Origin: a candidate division WOR-3 bacterium
GTDB lineage: Bacteria > Hydrothermota > Hydrothermia > JBDRYB01
Direction: 5' to 3'
Length of the DNA stretch: 28,442 nt
Assembly: GCA_049969615.1 (NCBI GenBank)
Contig: JBMFOM010000013.1
Span: 1 to 28,442 of the forward strand
Below are positions 7,762 through 16,991 of this stretch, one piece after another. Below the pieces are notes generated by a model. The model did no database searches. It worked only from the letters and a program-made list of their open reading frames with translations, and was not told the origin of the DNA. Each line of letters opens with the position of its first letter. Position 1 is the first letter of the stretch. The translations under genes were made by a program, and so were the position numbers.

Positions 7762-9633
7762 CTATTCGCCCCTCGCCAATGAGGGATTTATCCCGAACCC
7801 CCTGATTATCTCCTCAAGTTCCTCTCCGGTTATGGTCTCACGTTCCATCAATGTCCCGGCAACCTCCTCAAGGAGCTTTCTGTGTTTCTTCAGGAGGCTC
7901 ACGGCGTATTCCTCCGCCTGTGAGATGACCCGCTCTATCTCCTCGTCAATTATCTCCGCGCTCTTCTCCGAATACGCCCTTCGGGAAACCAGCTCCTTGC
8001 CCAGAAAAACCCCCTCTTCAAGGCTGTCCAGGGCTACCGGACCGAGGCGTTCGCTCATTCCCCACTGCGCGACCATCTTCCTGGCTAGCTCTGTTGCTTC
8101 CGCGAGGTCGTTCGCCGCGCCGGTTGAGGCTTCCCCATATACCACCAGTTCCGCGGCCCTCCCACCAAGCATATATGCCAGCTTTGCCTCAAGGTAGCTC
8201 TTCGGATAGAGATGCCTGTCCTCCTCTGGCAATTGCATGGTAACGCCCAGGGCCAGACCCCGTGGAATGACAGAGACCTTGTGAACCGGATCAGAGCCAG
8301 GGGTTAGCGCCGAGACTATCGCGTGGCCGGCCTCGTGAAATGCGATGTGTTCTTTTTCTTGTGGCAGGAGCACTATAGAACGTTTTGTCGCGCCCACCAT
8401 TACCTTGTCCCTCGCTTCCTCAAAGTCCTGCGCCGTAACGCTGTCTCTGCCGTTTCTAGCGGCCAGGAGCGCGGCCTCATTGACCATGTTAGCCAGATCC
8501 GCTCCAGTAAAGCCGGGGGTGCTCCTGGCAAGGTCAGTAAAGTCCACATCGTCGGCCAGCGGGATCCTCTTCGCGTGGAGTCTGAGTATCTCCTCCCTGC
8601 CCTTTACATCAGGTCTGTCAAGAACAACCTGTCTGTCAAACCTACCAGGCCTCAGAAGCGCTGTATCCAGTATATCCGGCCTGTTGGTGGCGGCCATAAT
8701 CACTATTCCCTGCGAGGTGTCAAACCCGTCCATTTCAACCAGGAGCTGGTTGAGTGTCTGTTCGCGCTCGTCGTGTCCTCCGCCGAGGCCGGCCCCCCTT
8801 GTCCTGCCGACAGCATCTATCTCATCAATAAAGACTATGCATGGTGCAAGCCTTTTTGCCTGGCTGAACAAGTCCCTCACCCTCGCGGCACCCACGCCAA
8901 CGAAGAGCTCAACGAACTCTGAGCCTGATATTGACAGGAATGGCACATCCGCCTCTCCGGCTACGGCTTTCGCCAGAAGGGTCTTGCCGGTCCCAGGTGG
9001 ACCCACGAGTATTACCCCTTTGGGTATCCGGGCGCCCATTCTCCTGAATTTCTCGGGCCTCTTCAGAAAGTCTATTACCTCTGAGAGGTCCTCCTTTGCT
9101 TCAACAGCGTCCGCGACATCCACGAAGGTCACCGAAGGTTTCTTATCCACATATATCTTTGCCCTGGATTTTCCGAATTCCAGTGCTCTCGTGTCCTGGT
9201 CCCCAACCCTCCTGAAGAACATGAACCAGAAAAGCAGAAGGAGAGCTATCCAAGGAACCGATGAAATCAGCAATTCAAGCCATATCTGTCTTCCTTTGGA
9301 TCTGACCTGCACATCCTTTGAAACAAGGTATTTTGCCAGATCCGGATCATCAAACGGAAGCGTGAGCTTGAACCTTTCAACAGGCTCCTCTGTAGCGCTG
9401 TCGCCCATAATCACCGGTTTCGCAAAGACCCCCTCAAGGTTTTTCTCCGTGAAGGTCACCTCCTTCACATTTCCAGCGTCAACCTGGGACAAGAACTCGT
9501 CCAGGGATATGGATTTCACCCCGGTTCTCATTCCCCTTACAAAGTTAAAGATCAACAGTGCCCCACCTATGATGATGACCCAAATGACTATTGTCCTTAT
9601 GACACCAGTGGATTTTGGTTTTTCCCCGTCCAT
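7762..9633 (-). CDS. ftsH: ATP-dependent zinc metalloprotease FtsH
   Basis: Two TM helices, Walker [39 protein letters not shown] zinc motif. Confidence 0.98.
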   Translation of the reverse strand: MDGEKPKSTGVIRTIVIWVIIIGGALLIFNFVRGMRTGVKSISLDEFLSQVDAGNVKEVTFTEKNLEGVFAKPVIMGDSATEEPVERFKLTLPFDDPDLAKYLVSKDVQVRSKGRQIWLELLISSVPWIALLLLFWFMFFRRVGDQDTRALEFGKSRAKIYVDKKPSVTFVDVADAVEAKEDLSEVIDFLKRPEKFRRMGARIPKGVILVGPPGTGKTLLAKAVAGEADVPFLSISGSEFVELFVGVGAARVRDLFSQAKRLAPCIVFIDEIDAVGRTRGAGLGGGHDEREQTLNQLLVEMDGFDTSQGIVIMAATNRPDILDTALLRPGRFDRQVVLDRPDVKGREEILRLHAKRIPLADDVDFTDLARSTPGFTGADLANMVNEAALLAARNGRDSVTAQDFEEARDKVMVGATKRSIVLLPQEKEHIAFHEAGHAIVSALTPGSDPVHKVSVIPRGLALGVTMQLPEEDRHLYPKSYLEAKLAYMLGGRAAELVVYGEASTGAANDLAEATELARKMVAQWGMSERLGPVALDSLEEGVFLGKELVSRRAYSEKSAEIIDEEIERVISQAEEYAVSLLKKHRKLLEEVAGTLMERETITGEELEEIIRGFGINPSLARGE

Positions 9634-10155
9634 TTATTTCTCCCTGGTTTCTATGGATTTCACGAAGGCCAGGTGTCTTCCGTAGCCCGCGCAATCAAGC
9701 CCGTAGCCCACGAGAAACTCGTTGGGAACCCTGAACCCCACATAATCAACCTTCACTGGAACCTCCCTGCGTTCAGCCTTGTCCAGAAAAGCGCAGACAG
9801 ATATGCTCCTGGGTTTCTTTTCCCTTATGTATTCAATTATCCGCGCCAGAGTCCTGCCCGTGTCCACTATATCCTCAACCACTATTACATCCTTGTTTTC
9901 CAATGGGGCCGAGATATCCTTGGTGAGCCTGAGGATGCCGGGCTTGTCCCTGTCCTCATATGAGGAGACCCCGATGAAGTCTATTTCAACATCCATATCC
10001 AATGCCCGACATAGATCGGCCATGAAGACGAAAGCGCCATTCAGGACACCGACCAACAGGGGCTTTTTGCCCTCGTAGTCCCGTTTTATTTCACGGGCAA
10101 GCTGTGAAACCCTTTCGGCTATCTCTTCTTTAGAAATCGTAAACCCAGAACTCAT
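9634..10155 (-). CDS. hpt: Hypoxanthine phosphoribosyltransferase
   Basis: [26 protein letters not shown] motif, VGYGLD; conserved tilS-hpt-ftsH order. Confidence 0.96.
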   Translation of the reverse strand: MSSGFTISKEEIAERVSQLAREIKRDYEGKKPLLVGVLNGAFVFMADLCRALDMDVEIDFIGVSSYEDRDKPGILRLTKDISAPLENKDVIVVEDIVDTGRTLARIIEYIREKKPRSISVCAFLDKAERREVPVKVDYVGFRVPNEFLVGYGLDCAGYGRHLAFVKSIETREK

Positions 10156-11449
10156 CCGAAAGTCTCCTTATTATGAGGTTCAGATACTTCTTCCCTATCA
10201 TCCTCCAAGCCGCAAACCCCGGAACCCAGAAGACCCGGCTCTCCCTTACTGCCAGAGGAATGAGGTCCCTCCTCCATGCGGGTATTCGCAGGTTTATCAT
10301 CTTGTCTTTAAGGGGCTTTTTACCCCACCTGTCACCCGGCCTCCTGGTTCTAAAGCTGAAAGGCAAAACCTCCTCCGGAAACGACGCTGAGAACGCGCTT
10401 TTCTCCACGGGTTCCCGCGTGACCTCCAGCTTGAGGTTGAGCTCTGGGACCGGATAGACCCCTTCTCGTTCAACGAGAATTTCCCCGCGCCAGCCAGGTC
10501 TTTCCTCCCTGAAGAATCTGAGATCCCCTTCCGAAGCCTGTGCCTTCCAGCCGTCGGGGAAATGGATCTCGCCGCCTCTGGCCATTATTGCCATCGTATA
10601 ATCCAAGTGTTGGGCAGTTAATCCGGGAACAGTCTCCAAAACCATCATCTTGAGGAGAAAGGAATTATAATCCAGGAGCGTGTCCCGGTTAAAGATGTGC
10701 TCTCCTCTGGGGGACGGCTTTCGCGTTGCTTCTGCAAGCGCGAGGGCCTCGTTCCTGATGTAATCCAAAGCCTCGTTCGTCGCAATGATGTGCCTTCTTA
10801 GCGCTTCCGCGGCCCCAGGAAACCTTCCCTTTACAAGTGGCATGAGCTCATGCCTGACCCAGTTCCTGGTGAATCTGACATCAAGGTTGGTAGGATCCTC
10901 CAGGAACGCGATGCCCCTGCCTTCCAGGTATTCCAGTATCGCCTCTTTCTCCACGAATATCAGTGGCCTTATGATTTCACCCTCCCTGGGCGGCAGGCCC
11001 CTTATCCCCCTGATCCCGGTCCCCCTGAAGAGGTTCATCATGTATGTCTCAAGCCAGTCTGAGAGGGTGTGGCCCGTTGCTATTTTTGTAAAACCCAGGC
11101 TATCCCTCAGCTTTCGGAATAGCCTGTAGCGCGCGTTTCTCCCAGCCTCCTCAAGGCCGACTCCTTTCTTTTCTGCAATGGCGCTGACATTTTCCCTTCC
11201 AACTGTTATAGACAAACCCAACTTGCCAGCGAAATCCACGCAGAATTCCGCATCGCGGCCTGAATCCTCCCTCAACCCGTGATCAAGGTGCGCCAGGTGC
11301 AGATTGATTGTCGGGAAAAGCTCCCGGATCGCATGAACCAAGAACACGGAGTCCGGTCCCCCGGAGAATCCCACGATGAGCCTATCATCCTGGTTGATAA
11401 GTCCAAATCTCCACACCGCGTTGGAGACCAATAACAATGGGCTTTCCAC
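10130..11449 (-). CDS. tilS: tRNA(Ile)-lysidine synthetase
   Basis: SGGPDS PP-loop, HLDHGLR, ARY, TGHTLSD, EDPTN, RNWVRH, C-terminal RTRRPGDR/IPAWRRD. Start set at GTG 11449, 6 nt after TATAAT; the upstream part of the 751-aa track ORF is spurious. Confidence 0.93.
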   Translation of the reverse strand: MESPLLLVSNAVWRFGLINQDDRLIVGFSGGPDSVFLVHAIRELFPTINLHLAHLDHGLREDSGRDAEFCVDFAGKLGLSITVGRENVSAIAEKKGVGLEEAGRNARYRLFRKLRDSLGFTKIATGHTLSDWLETYMMNLFRGTGIRGIRGLPPREGEIIRPLIFVEKEAILEYLEGRGIAFLEDPTNLDVRFTRNWVRHELMPLVKGRFPGAAEALRRHIIATNEALDYIRNEALALAEATRKPSPRGEHIFNRDTLLDYNSFLLKMMVLETVPGLTAQHLDYTMAIMARGGEIHFPDGWKAQASEGDLRFFREERPGWRGEILVEREGVYPVPELNLKLEVTREPVEKSAFSASFPEEVLPFSFRTRRPGDRWGKKPLKDKMINLRIPAWRRDLIPLAVRESRVFWVPGFAAWRMIGKKYLNLIIRRLSDEFWVYDF

Positions 11450-11494
11450 ATTGAAATTATATTGTATAGGGCTTTCCGATTGCGATGATGAGGA

Positions 11495-11603
11495 TGAAAC
11501 CCCTGAAAAATCTCGGTTTGTCCTTTGTCTCCGTTCGGAAACCTCATTATAGCTAAAAGAGAACCCTGAGGAAATGCTATTGTTGCGGGATTGAACCTGT
11601 CCC
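11495..11603 (-). repeat. Dispersed intergenic repeat, copy 2 (module B, reverse orientation)
   Basis: Reverse complement AATCCCGCAACAATAGCATTTCCTCAGGGTTCT...AAGGACAAACCGAGATTTTTCAGGGGTTTCA matches 26371-26456 closely. Confidence 0.85.
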
Positions 11604-11756
11604 AGAATAGGCTTATTGAGAGGATGTCTCTTGTAAGATCCGCTCCAGGACGCATTTTTAGAACCAGAAGGCCTCACAAAATTGTATTGCGAGAAAGACT
11701 CAATCTGGGTTACAAATAAATGATCCTGTCTAAAGGATAGGATTATAATCTTGGAG

Positions 11757-12191
11757 ATGACCAAGATAGCCATAGTGATAGGTTCCGAGAGTGATAGGGA
11801 AAGAATGAAAGCCGGCATTGATCTTCTTGATAAACTGGGGGTTGAATACGACCTCAAGGTTCTTTCCGCGCACAGGAACCCTGTTGAACTTGGGGAGTAT
11901 GCGGATAGCCTCGCGGCAAAAGGCTTTGAGGTGGTGATAGCCGGCGCCGGATTGTCAGCGGCCTTACCCGGCGCCATAGCGGCCCGGACGAGCCTTCCGG
12001 TCATAGGCATCCCTTTTGACGCTGGAACCCTCGGAGGGCTAGATGCCCTCCTATCTATTGCCCAACTTCCAAAGGGCGTTCCCGTCGCGACGGTCGGCAT
12101 AAACAACCCCGCGAACGCGGCTATACTCGCCCTTCGGATACTCGCCCTGAAACACGACTGGGCCACGGAGGCCCTCAGGAAGCTCGCCTGA
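11757..12191 (+). CDS. purE: N5-carboxyaminoimidazole ribonucleotide mutase
   Basis: [53 protein letters not shown] 11757 lies 7 nt after TATAAT. Confidence 0.96.
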   Translation: MTKIAIVIGSESDRERMKAGIDLLDKLGVEYDLKVLSAHRNPVELGEYADSLAAKGFEVVIAGAGLSAALPGAIAARTSLPVIGIPFDAGTLGGLDALLSIAQLPKGVPVATVGINNPANAAILALRILALKHDWATEALRKLA

Positions 12192-13777
12192 TGCTTTTTA
12201 CAGGCCTCGTCGCCTCGTTTCTCATCGATCACTCCTTCTATCACAACTACGGCGCGACCGAATCCATCTGGGATTGGCAAAGGGCCTGCGGGCCCGGAAG
12301 CCTTTATTTTCTGAGCGCGCTCCGGGATGAGCGCGACTACCTTATGGGTCGCGAGAGCTTCTATTATGAAGGTTTCATTAGACAATCCTTTGGTTTCCTC
12401 AGAGATACGGGATCATTTTCACTTTCTCTGACCCAGAAAAAGCAGGGCGGGAGGGACTATCTCGCGACCGAGGCCTCCGGGGGCGTCATCCTGTTTCTGG
12501 CGACCAGGCCATCCGGCCGCATGAGGTTCACTTCAATGACACAGATGGAATCCAAGGGCTATTCCTCGCGCGGTGATTATCGTGATAACTCTGGCCTCCG
12601 GGAGGATCTTGGCCTTGAGCTCGTGTACCCATTTCTACGCGGGGACCTTGGGTTCGTCGGGGAATTTCGCCCGTTGAACGGCGAAAAGGGCCTGATGGCT
12701 AAGCCGCAGTTCTTTTTTGGGCCTGCTCTTCTGAGCGCCGATTTATCCGTGGGTAACAAATATTACCTGACGGTCTCAGGCGAGGAGTCAAAATCATTCT
12801 ATGACATTTCGGTGTCAAGCGTCTTTCCCGAAACAGGTTTTCTCAGCCTATTGCCGAAATTCTACGCATCCGAGGGAAAGTATTCCTTGAACCGCTTGAA
12901 TTCCAATGCATCCGTGGGTGGCGAGATTGGATTTGTAATGAGGGCAGTGGTGGCTGGTAGCCGTTGGGAATGGGGGCTTATGAAGGGCATTGGTGAGAGG
13001 AACTTCTATGAGTATCAAGGAGATGAGCAGAACTCCTGGGCAGAGGCCAATTTCTCTGTCAGGAGGGATTTCTCCGGCGGTCACGGGGTATATCTCAGAT
13101 CCAGGATAACCAAAACAGGCTATGATTACCCCCAGGGTTTTCTTCCAAACGACAGGGACGACAGAACCCTTTCTGTCGTCATGGGGGTTCTCGCCGCGAT
13201 AAACTCAAACCTGATGGCCGAGGCCGGTTTTCTCGCGAGAAACCAGGACCTTGTTTTTCTGCAATCGGAGCGTAGCCACGAGACCAGACACCAAGACAGG
13301 TATGCCCTTTTCGGGAAGTGTGCCTGGGAGGGGCCGCTGGCCGTGGAGTTCAGATGCGAAATATCAGCCCTATACAACACCTACAGGTTTAATCCCCAAG
13401 ACAATCTCCTCATCAGGTTCTACGAGAACGTCCTGTTCTTAAAAAGCCAGCGCTTCCAGTCCGTAACCAGGTTCCGATTGCAGGACCATGGTGGATACGT
13501 CGGCGGCATATACTATCCTTCAAGCTATTCCCGTGAGTTCTGGTTTCAGCCTTCTTTCCGGGTCTTCAGTCTTGGTGCGACTGAGATATTCCTGATGGCC
13601 AGGTATTACATCAGAGATGAGGGGGAACGGGGAGATAGGACGAGGACCCTTGAGGAGGAGGGAATAGGCCTGGGCACCAGGAAGGGCGGTATGCTTGAGG
13701 GAAGGGTTCTCTTGGTTAAAAGGACGGACGAGGGCCATTTCTGGGACATAGGGCTTTATTACAACCCAGGACAATAG
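12191..13777 (+). CDS. Hypothetical protein, probable outer-membrane beta-barrel
   Basis: TGATG-coupled to purE; alternating hydrophobic/polar strands rich in G/Y/F/R; ends WDIGLYYNPGQ; short hydrophobic N-terminus. Confidence 0.55.
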   Translation: MLFTGLVASFLIDHSFYHNYGATESIWDWQRACGPGSLYFLSALRDERDYLMGRESFYYEGFIRQSFGFLRDTGSFSLSLTQKKQGGRDYLATEASGGVILFLATRPSGRMRFTSMTQMESKGYSSRGDYRDNSGLREDLGLELVYPFLRGDLGFVGEFRPLNGEKGLMAKPQFFFGPALLSADLSVGNKYYLTVSGEESKSFYDISVSSVFPETGFLSLLPKFYASEGKYSLNRLNSNASVGGEIGFVMRAVVAGSRWEWGLMKGIGERNFYEYQGDEQNSWAEANFSVRRDFSGGHGVYLRSRITKTGYDYPQGFLPNDRDDRTLSVVMGVLAAINSNLMAEAGFLARNQDLVFLQSERSHETRHQDRYALFGKCAWEGPLAVEFRCEISALYNTYRFNPQDNLLIRFYENVLFLKSQRFQSVTRFRLQDHGGYVGGIYYPSSYSREFWFQPSFRVFSLGATEIFLMARYYIRDEGERGDRTRTLEEEGIGLGTRKGGMLEGRVLLVKRTDEGHFWDIGLYYNPGQ

Positions 13778-13870
13778 TGTAACAACGGGCCCTATCTTCA
13801 GGTTTAAAGTATTACCGAGACCTCTGATGCTGATAAGACCATGGTTTTCCCAGAGTTTTCTCATACCTTC

Positions 13871-13943
13871 TGACTGACCAGTCAGTCACTACTTGACACG
13901 GGATGCGTTCTGGCCGGATAATTTCTGACTGACCGGTCAGTCA
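13871..13943 (+). promoter_or_regulatory. sigma70 promoter flanked by two 18-bp palindromic TetR-type operators
   Basis: TGACTGACCAGTCAGTCA (13871-13888) and the perfect palindrome TGACTGACCGGTCAGTCA (13926-13943) bracket TTGACA (13893-13898) - 18 nt - GATAAT (13917-13922). Confidence 0.85.
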
Positions 13944-14115
13944 ATAAATGGGTTGGAATCCCATCCCTCCGGTTTCCCAATCCGGACTTTGTGAGGGCAG
14001 GTCGGTGTCGCTTACACCGACACCTGATAAGCCTCTGTCCTTGCCCAATTAGTGGGTTCCAAAACCCGCGCTCGGGAACAGGATGAATCTGGCCGGTGGA
14101 AAAAAGGAGAAGGAT

Positions 14116-14742
14116 ATGGATCAGGCCGATAAGGATGACAAGAAGGAGAAAAAGCGCCAGGATATACTGGACGCGGCTAGAAAGGTGTTTTCCGCCAGGG
14201 GTTATTACCAGGCGACCATGGACGAGATAGCCTCGGAGGCCGGGGTAGCGAAGGGGACCCTTTACCTCTATTATCCCTCAAAGGCTCATCTCCTTCTGGC
14301 TTGTGTCAAGGAGATGATGGATTCCCTTGCCGGTGGCATGCGGGACATGCTTGAAGAATATGAAGGCAAGGATGTTTCACCCGTAGATATAATAAGGTAT
14401 GCAATAGGCATATATCTGAATCACCTGAACAGAAACAAGGAGATGCTCGTTACTGCGGTGAGAGAGGGCGAGGTCTCGGCTATGGAGATAGGTGGGGAGG
14501 ATCTTCGCAAAGAAATACTCTCCCATATATGGGGATACACCGAATATGTTTCCGCGACCCTTGAGAAGGGCATGAATTCGGGAGTCATAAGGAAGGGAAA
14601 TCCGCGGATAATGGCCCTTGGCCTCATGGGCGTCGCGCAGAACATAACCATGTATCACCTTTACAATGAACCCAACAAGGACCTGACCGAGCTCCTGGAG
14701 GACATAGTGGAGCTCGTCAAAAACATGATCCTTGAAAAGTGA
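14116..14742 (+). CDS. TetR/AcrR family transcriptional regulator
   Basis: ILDAARKVFSARGYYQATMDEIASEAGVAKGTLYLYYPSK HTH; SD AAGGAG before ATG 14116. Confidence 0.95.
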   Translation: MDQADKDDKKEKKRQDILDAARKVFSARGYYQATMDEIASEAGVAKGTLYLYYPSKAHLLLACVKEMMDSLAGGMRDMLEEYEGKDVSPVDIIRYAIGIYLNHLNRNKEMLVTAVREGEVSAMEIGGEDLRKEILSHIWGYTEYVSATLEKGMNSGVIRKGNPRIMALGLMGVAQNITMYHLYNEPNKDLTELLEDIVELVKNMILEK

Positions 14743-14752
14743 GGATTTGGAG

Positions 14753-16108
14753 ATGAACCGCTTCTTTTTGACGCCCTTTCTGCTGGTTGGATGGTTGGCC
14801 GCGGATACCCTCACCCTGAACGAGGAATCCGCGATCCAGGCCGCGCTCTCAGGAAGCCCGGAGCTCGCCATATACCGGGCAAAGATCAATGAGGCCCAGG
14901 CCAGATTGAACCAGGCCAGGGCACCCTTTATGCCCCAGCTATCCCTTTCCGCTGGCTACACATATCTCTCATATGTGCAGGAGATGGAGATGATCGTGCC
15001 GAACTTTGACAGTTTTCCCAACATAAAACTGGATACAGTCGCCATGCAGTTCGGCCAGCACAACAACTACAAGGCAGAGGTGAAGTTGAGCCAGCTCATC
15101 TTCTCTTGGGGTCGTGTCTGGAACTCATACCAGATGGCGCGGCAGGGGCTTAGGGCCGCCGAACTCTCCCTGAACGCTAAAGAGGCAGAGGTCTCCGCAA
15201 AGGCCAGAACGGCATTCTGGGGCGCCTTGGTAGCCAGGGAATACTGGAACCTGGCCAAGGAAAGCTCAGGGAACCTTGAGGAGCACTACCGTGACGCGGA
15301 AAAAAGATACAGGGCTGGCGTTGCACCGGAATTTGAGCTCCTGCAAGCAGAGGTCAAATGGCGAAACTCATTGCCACAGGTCGCTGATGCGGAGAAGACA
15401 TACCGCGACGCGCTGGACGGACTGAAACTCTTGCTTGGCATACCCCAGGAGACCGAGGTTATTCTGGAGGGCAAGCCAGAGTTTTCTGAGCCAGACATTG
15501 ACGATTCTGCCGTGGTCGCGCTTGCCCTGGCGAACAGGCCCGAGCTCGCGTCCCTGGACGAACAGGCCGCCGCGCTGGCCCGTCTCGCGGCCATACAATC
15601 CGCCGGAGACAAACCCCAGGTCGTCGCGTTCGCGGGTTATTCATACCAAAGGCCATATGGCTTTGAAGATGAGTGGGGTGGGACATGGAGCGCCGGCCTT
15701 GGTATTACCTGGAACCTTTTTGATGGCCTCGCATCCAGGGGAAAATCCTCCGAGGCAAAGGCCCAAAGGGAACAGATTTTGTTGTCTCGCAACCTGCAGG
15801 CTGAGGCCATAAAGAACGAGGTCAGGACGGCCCTGCGCGGCCTCAACGAGGCCTGGGAAAAGCTCAGGTCAGCTGAGTCCACCGTTGCCCTGGCGGAGCG
15901 TGGACTCTCCATAGCGAAGGTCCAGAAAGAGGGTGGTGTGGCAACAAGACTGGCTCTGTATGATGCAGAGCTGAATCTCTATCAAGCCAGAACAAATCTT
16001 CTGGCGACTCAGATGGGTTATGTGGCCTCTGTTGCCGCCCTGGAAAAGGCGGTTGGCCTACCTATTTCTGAGATGCCCAAGAAGGAGAAGAAAAATGATG
16101 AGAAATAA
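14753..16108 (+). CDS. TolC family outer-membrane efflux protein
   Basis: Two OEP repeats (PQLSLSAGY..; ALANRPEL; YRAGVAPEFELLQA; WNLFDG); signal peptide; start at ATG 14753. Confidence 0.92.
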   Translation: MNRFFLTPFLLVGWLAADTLTLNEESAIQAALSGSPELAIYRAKINEAQARLNQARAPFMPQLSLSAGYTYLSYVQEMEMIVPNFDSFPNIKLDTVAMQFGQHNNYKAEVKLSQLIFSWGRVWNSYQMARQGLRAAELSLNAKEAEVSAKARTAFWGALVAREYWNLAKESSGNLEEHYRDAEKRYRAGVAPEFELLQAEVKWRNSLPQVADAEKTYRDALDGLKLLLGIPQETEVILEGKPEFSEPDIDDSAVVALALANRPELASLDEQAAALARLAAIQSAGDKPQVVAFAGYSYQRPYGFEDEWGGTWSAGLGITWNLFDGLASRGKSSEAKAQREQILLSRNLQAEAIKNEVRTALRGLNEAWEKLRSAESTVALAERGLSIAKVQKEGGVATRLALYDAELNLYQARTNLLATQMGYVASVAALEKAVGLPISEMPKKEKKNDEK

Positions 16109-16991
16109 AAATCGTTCCTCGTCAGAAGTAAGGAGACTTTTGGCCTCAGGACTGATCCTTGCCGGGATGCTTTCCCTCGTTGGTTGCGGAGGTAAGGGTT
16201 CTTCCAATGGCCTCGGAAAAGAGAGAATGGTTGTTGGCACGGGCCTCGTAAAGAGGGGAACCATAACCAAGAGCGCGGAGCTCTTTGGCAGGGTTTCCGG
16301 AGCTGATGAGGCTCAGGTCTATTCCGAGTTCCCCGGAAAGGTCAGATACACGGTCAAGGAAGGCCAGAGGGTCTCCCGCGGCCAGACAATTGCCTACATA
16401 GATAGGAGCCTTCCGGGGGTTGATTATCAGCCATATCCGGTGCGAGCGCCGGTTTCCGGTACCGTTGCTTTTGTTTATCTCAAGGATGGTTCCATGATTG
16501 ACACACGGACGCCACTTGCCCTCATAAGCGGCCAAGGCAAGGTTGAGATAAACATTGATGTCCCGGCTTCTGTTTTGTCATCGCTCAGACCCGGTTCTGA
16601 GGCCATCGTGTTTCTCAACGGTGATACCATACGCGGCAAACTGGAGAGCGTCTCGGCCGCGGTTAACCCCCTTTCAGGAGCCGGCCAGGCAAAGGTCAGG
16701 CTTCAAAACTCAAGAGGGTTGTTGATTTCGGGCATGGTGGTCAGGTGCGTCTCAGAGATACAGAAAAAGAATGGTGTCCTCATGGTTCCCGCCAGCGCAC
16801 TGGTTGACAGGGATGGCAGATACCTGGTTTTCGTGATAAAGGATGGGAAGGCCCGGGAGGTTCAGGTTGAGGTCGGCATCAGGGGTGATGGGGTGGTTGA
16901 GGTCTCAGGCGAGCTGTCCGAAGGGGATACTGTCGCGACAACAGGCGCTTTGGGACTCGCTGATGGCGTAGCGGTGGAGGTTATGAGATGA
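16095..16991 (+). CDS. RND periplasmic adaptor (membrane fusion) lipoprotein lacking the alpha-hairpin
   Basis: Lipobox LVGC; lipoyl half-motifs VKEGQRVSRGQTIAYID and VRAPVSGTV; C-terminal VPASAL...GELSEGDTV..G; SD AAGGAG before ATG 16095. Confidence 0.9.
   Translation: MMRNKNRSSSEVRRLLASGLILAGMLSLVGCGGKGSSNGLGKERMVVGTGLVKRGTITKSAELFGRVSGADEAQVYSEFPGKVRYTVKEGQRVSRGQTIAYIDRSLPGVDYQPYPVRAPVSGTVAFVYLKDGSMIDTRTPLALISGQGKVEINIDVPASVLSSLRPGSEAIVFLNGDTIRGKLESVSAAVNPLSGAGQAKVRLQNSRGLLISGMVVRCVSEIQKKNGVLMVPASALVDRDGRYLVFVIKDGKAREVQVEVGIRGDGVVEVSGELSEGDTVATTGALGLADGVAVEVMR

Noticed and set aside
8345-9685. 446-aa plus-strand ORF and other long antisense ORFs (2155-2910, 4662-5195 and similar)
   Set aside because: Shadow frames of well-supported genes (ftsH, sigma/anti-sigma, lipA), Ser/Pro-rich and without motifs.
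11450-12385. N-terminal ~310-aa extension of the 751-aa TilS ORF, suggesting a fusion
   Set aside because: It is the antisense of purE plus intergenic repeat DNA; TilS motifs begin only after GTG 11449, which has its own -10 box.
13817-13840. GAGACCTCTGAT motif resembling the repeat terminus upstream of the TetR operators
   Set aside because: Only about 12 bp with no alignable interior or partner end.
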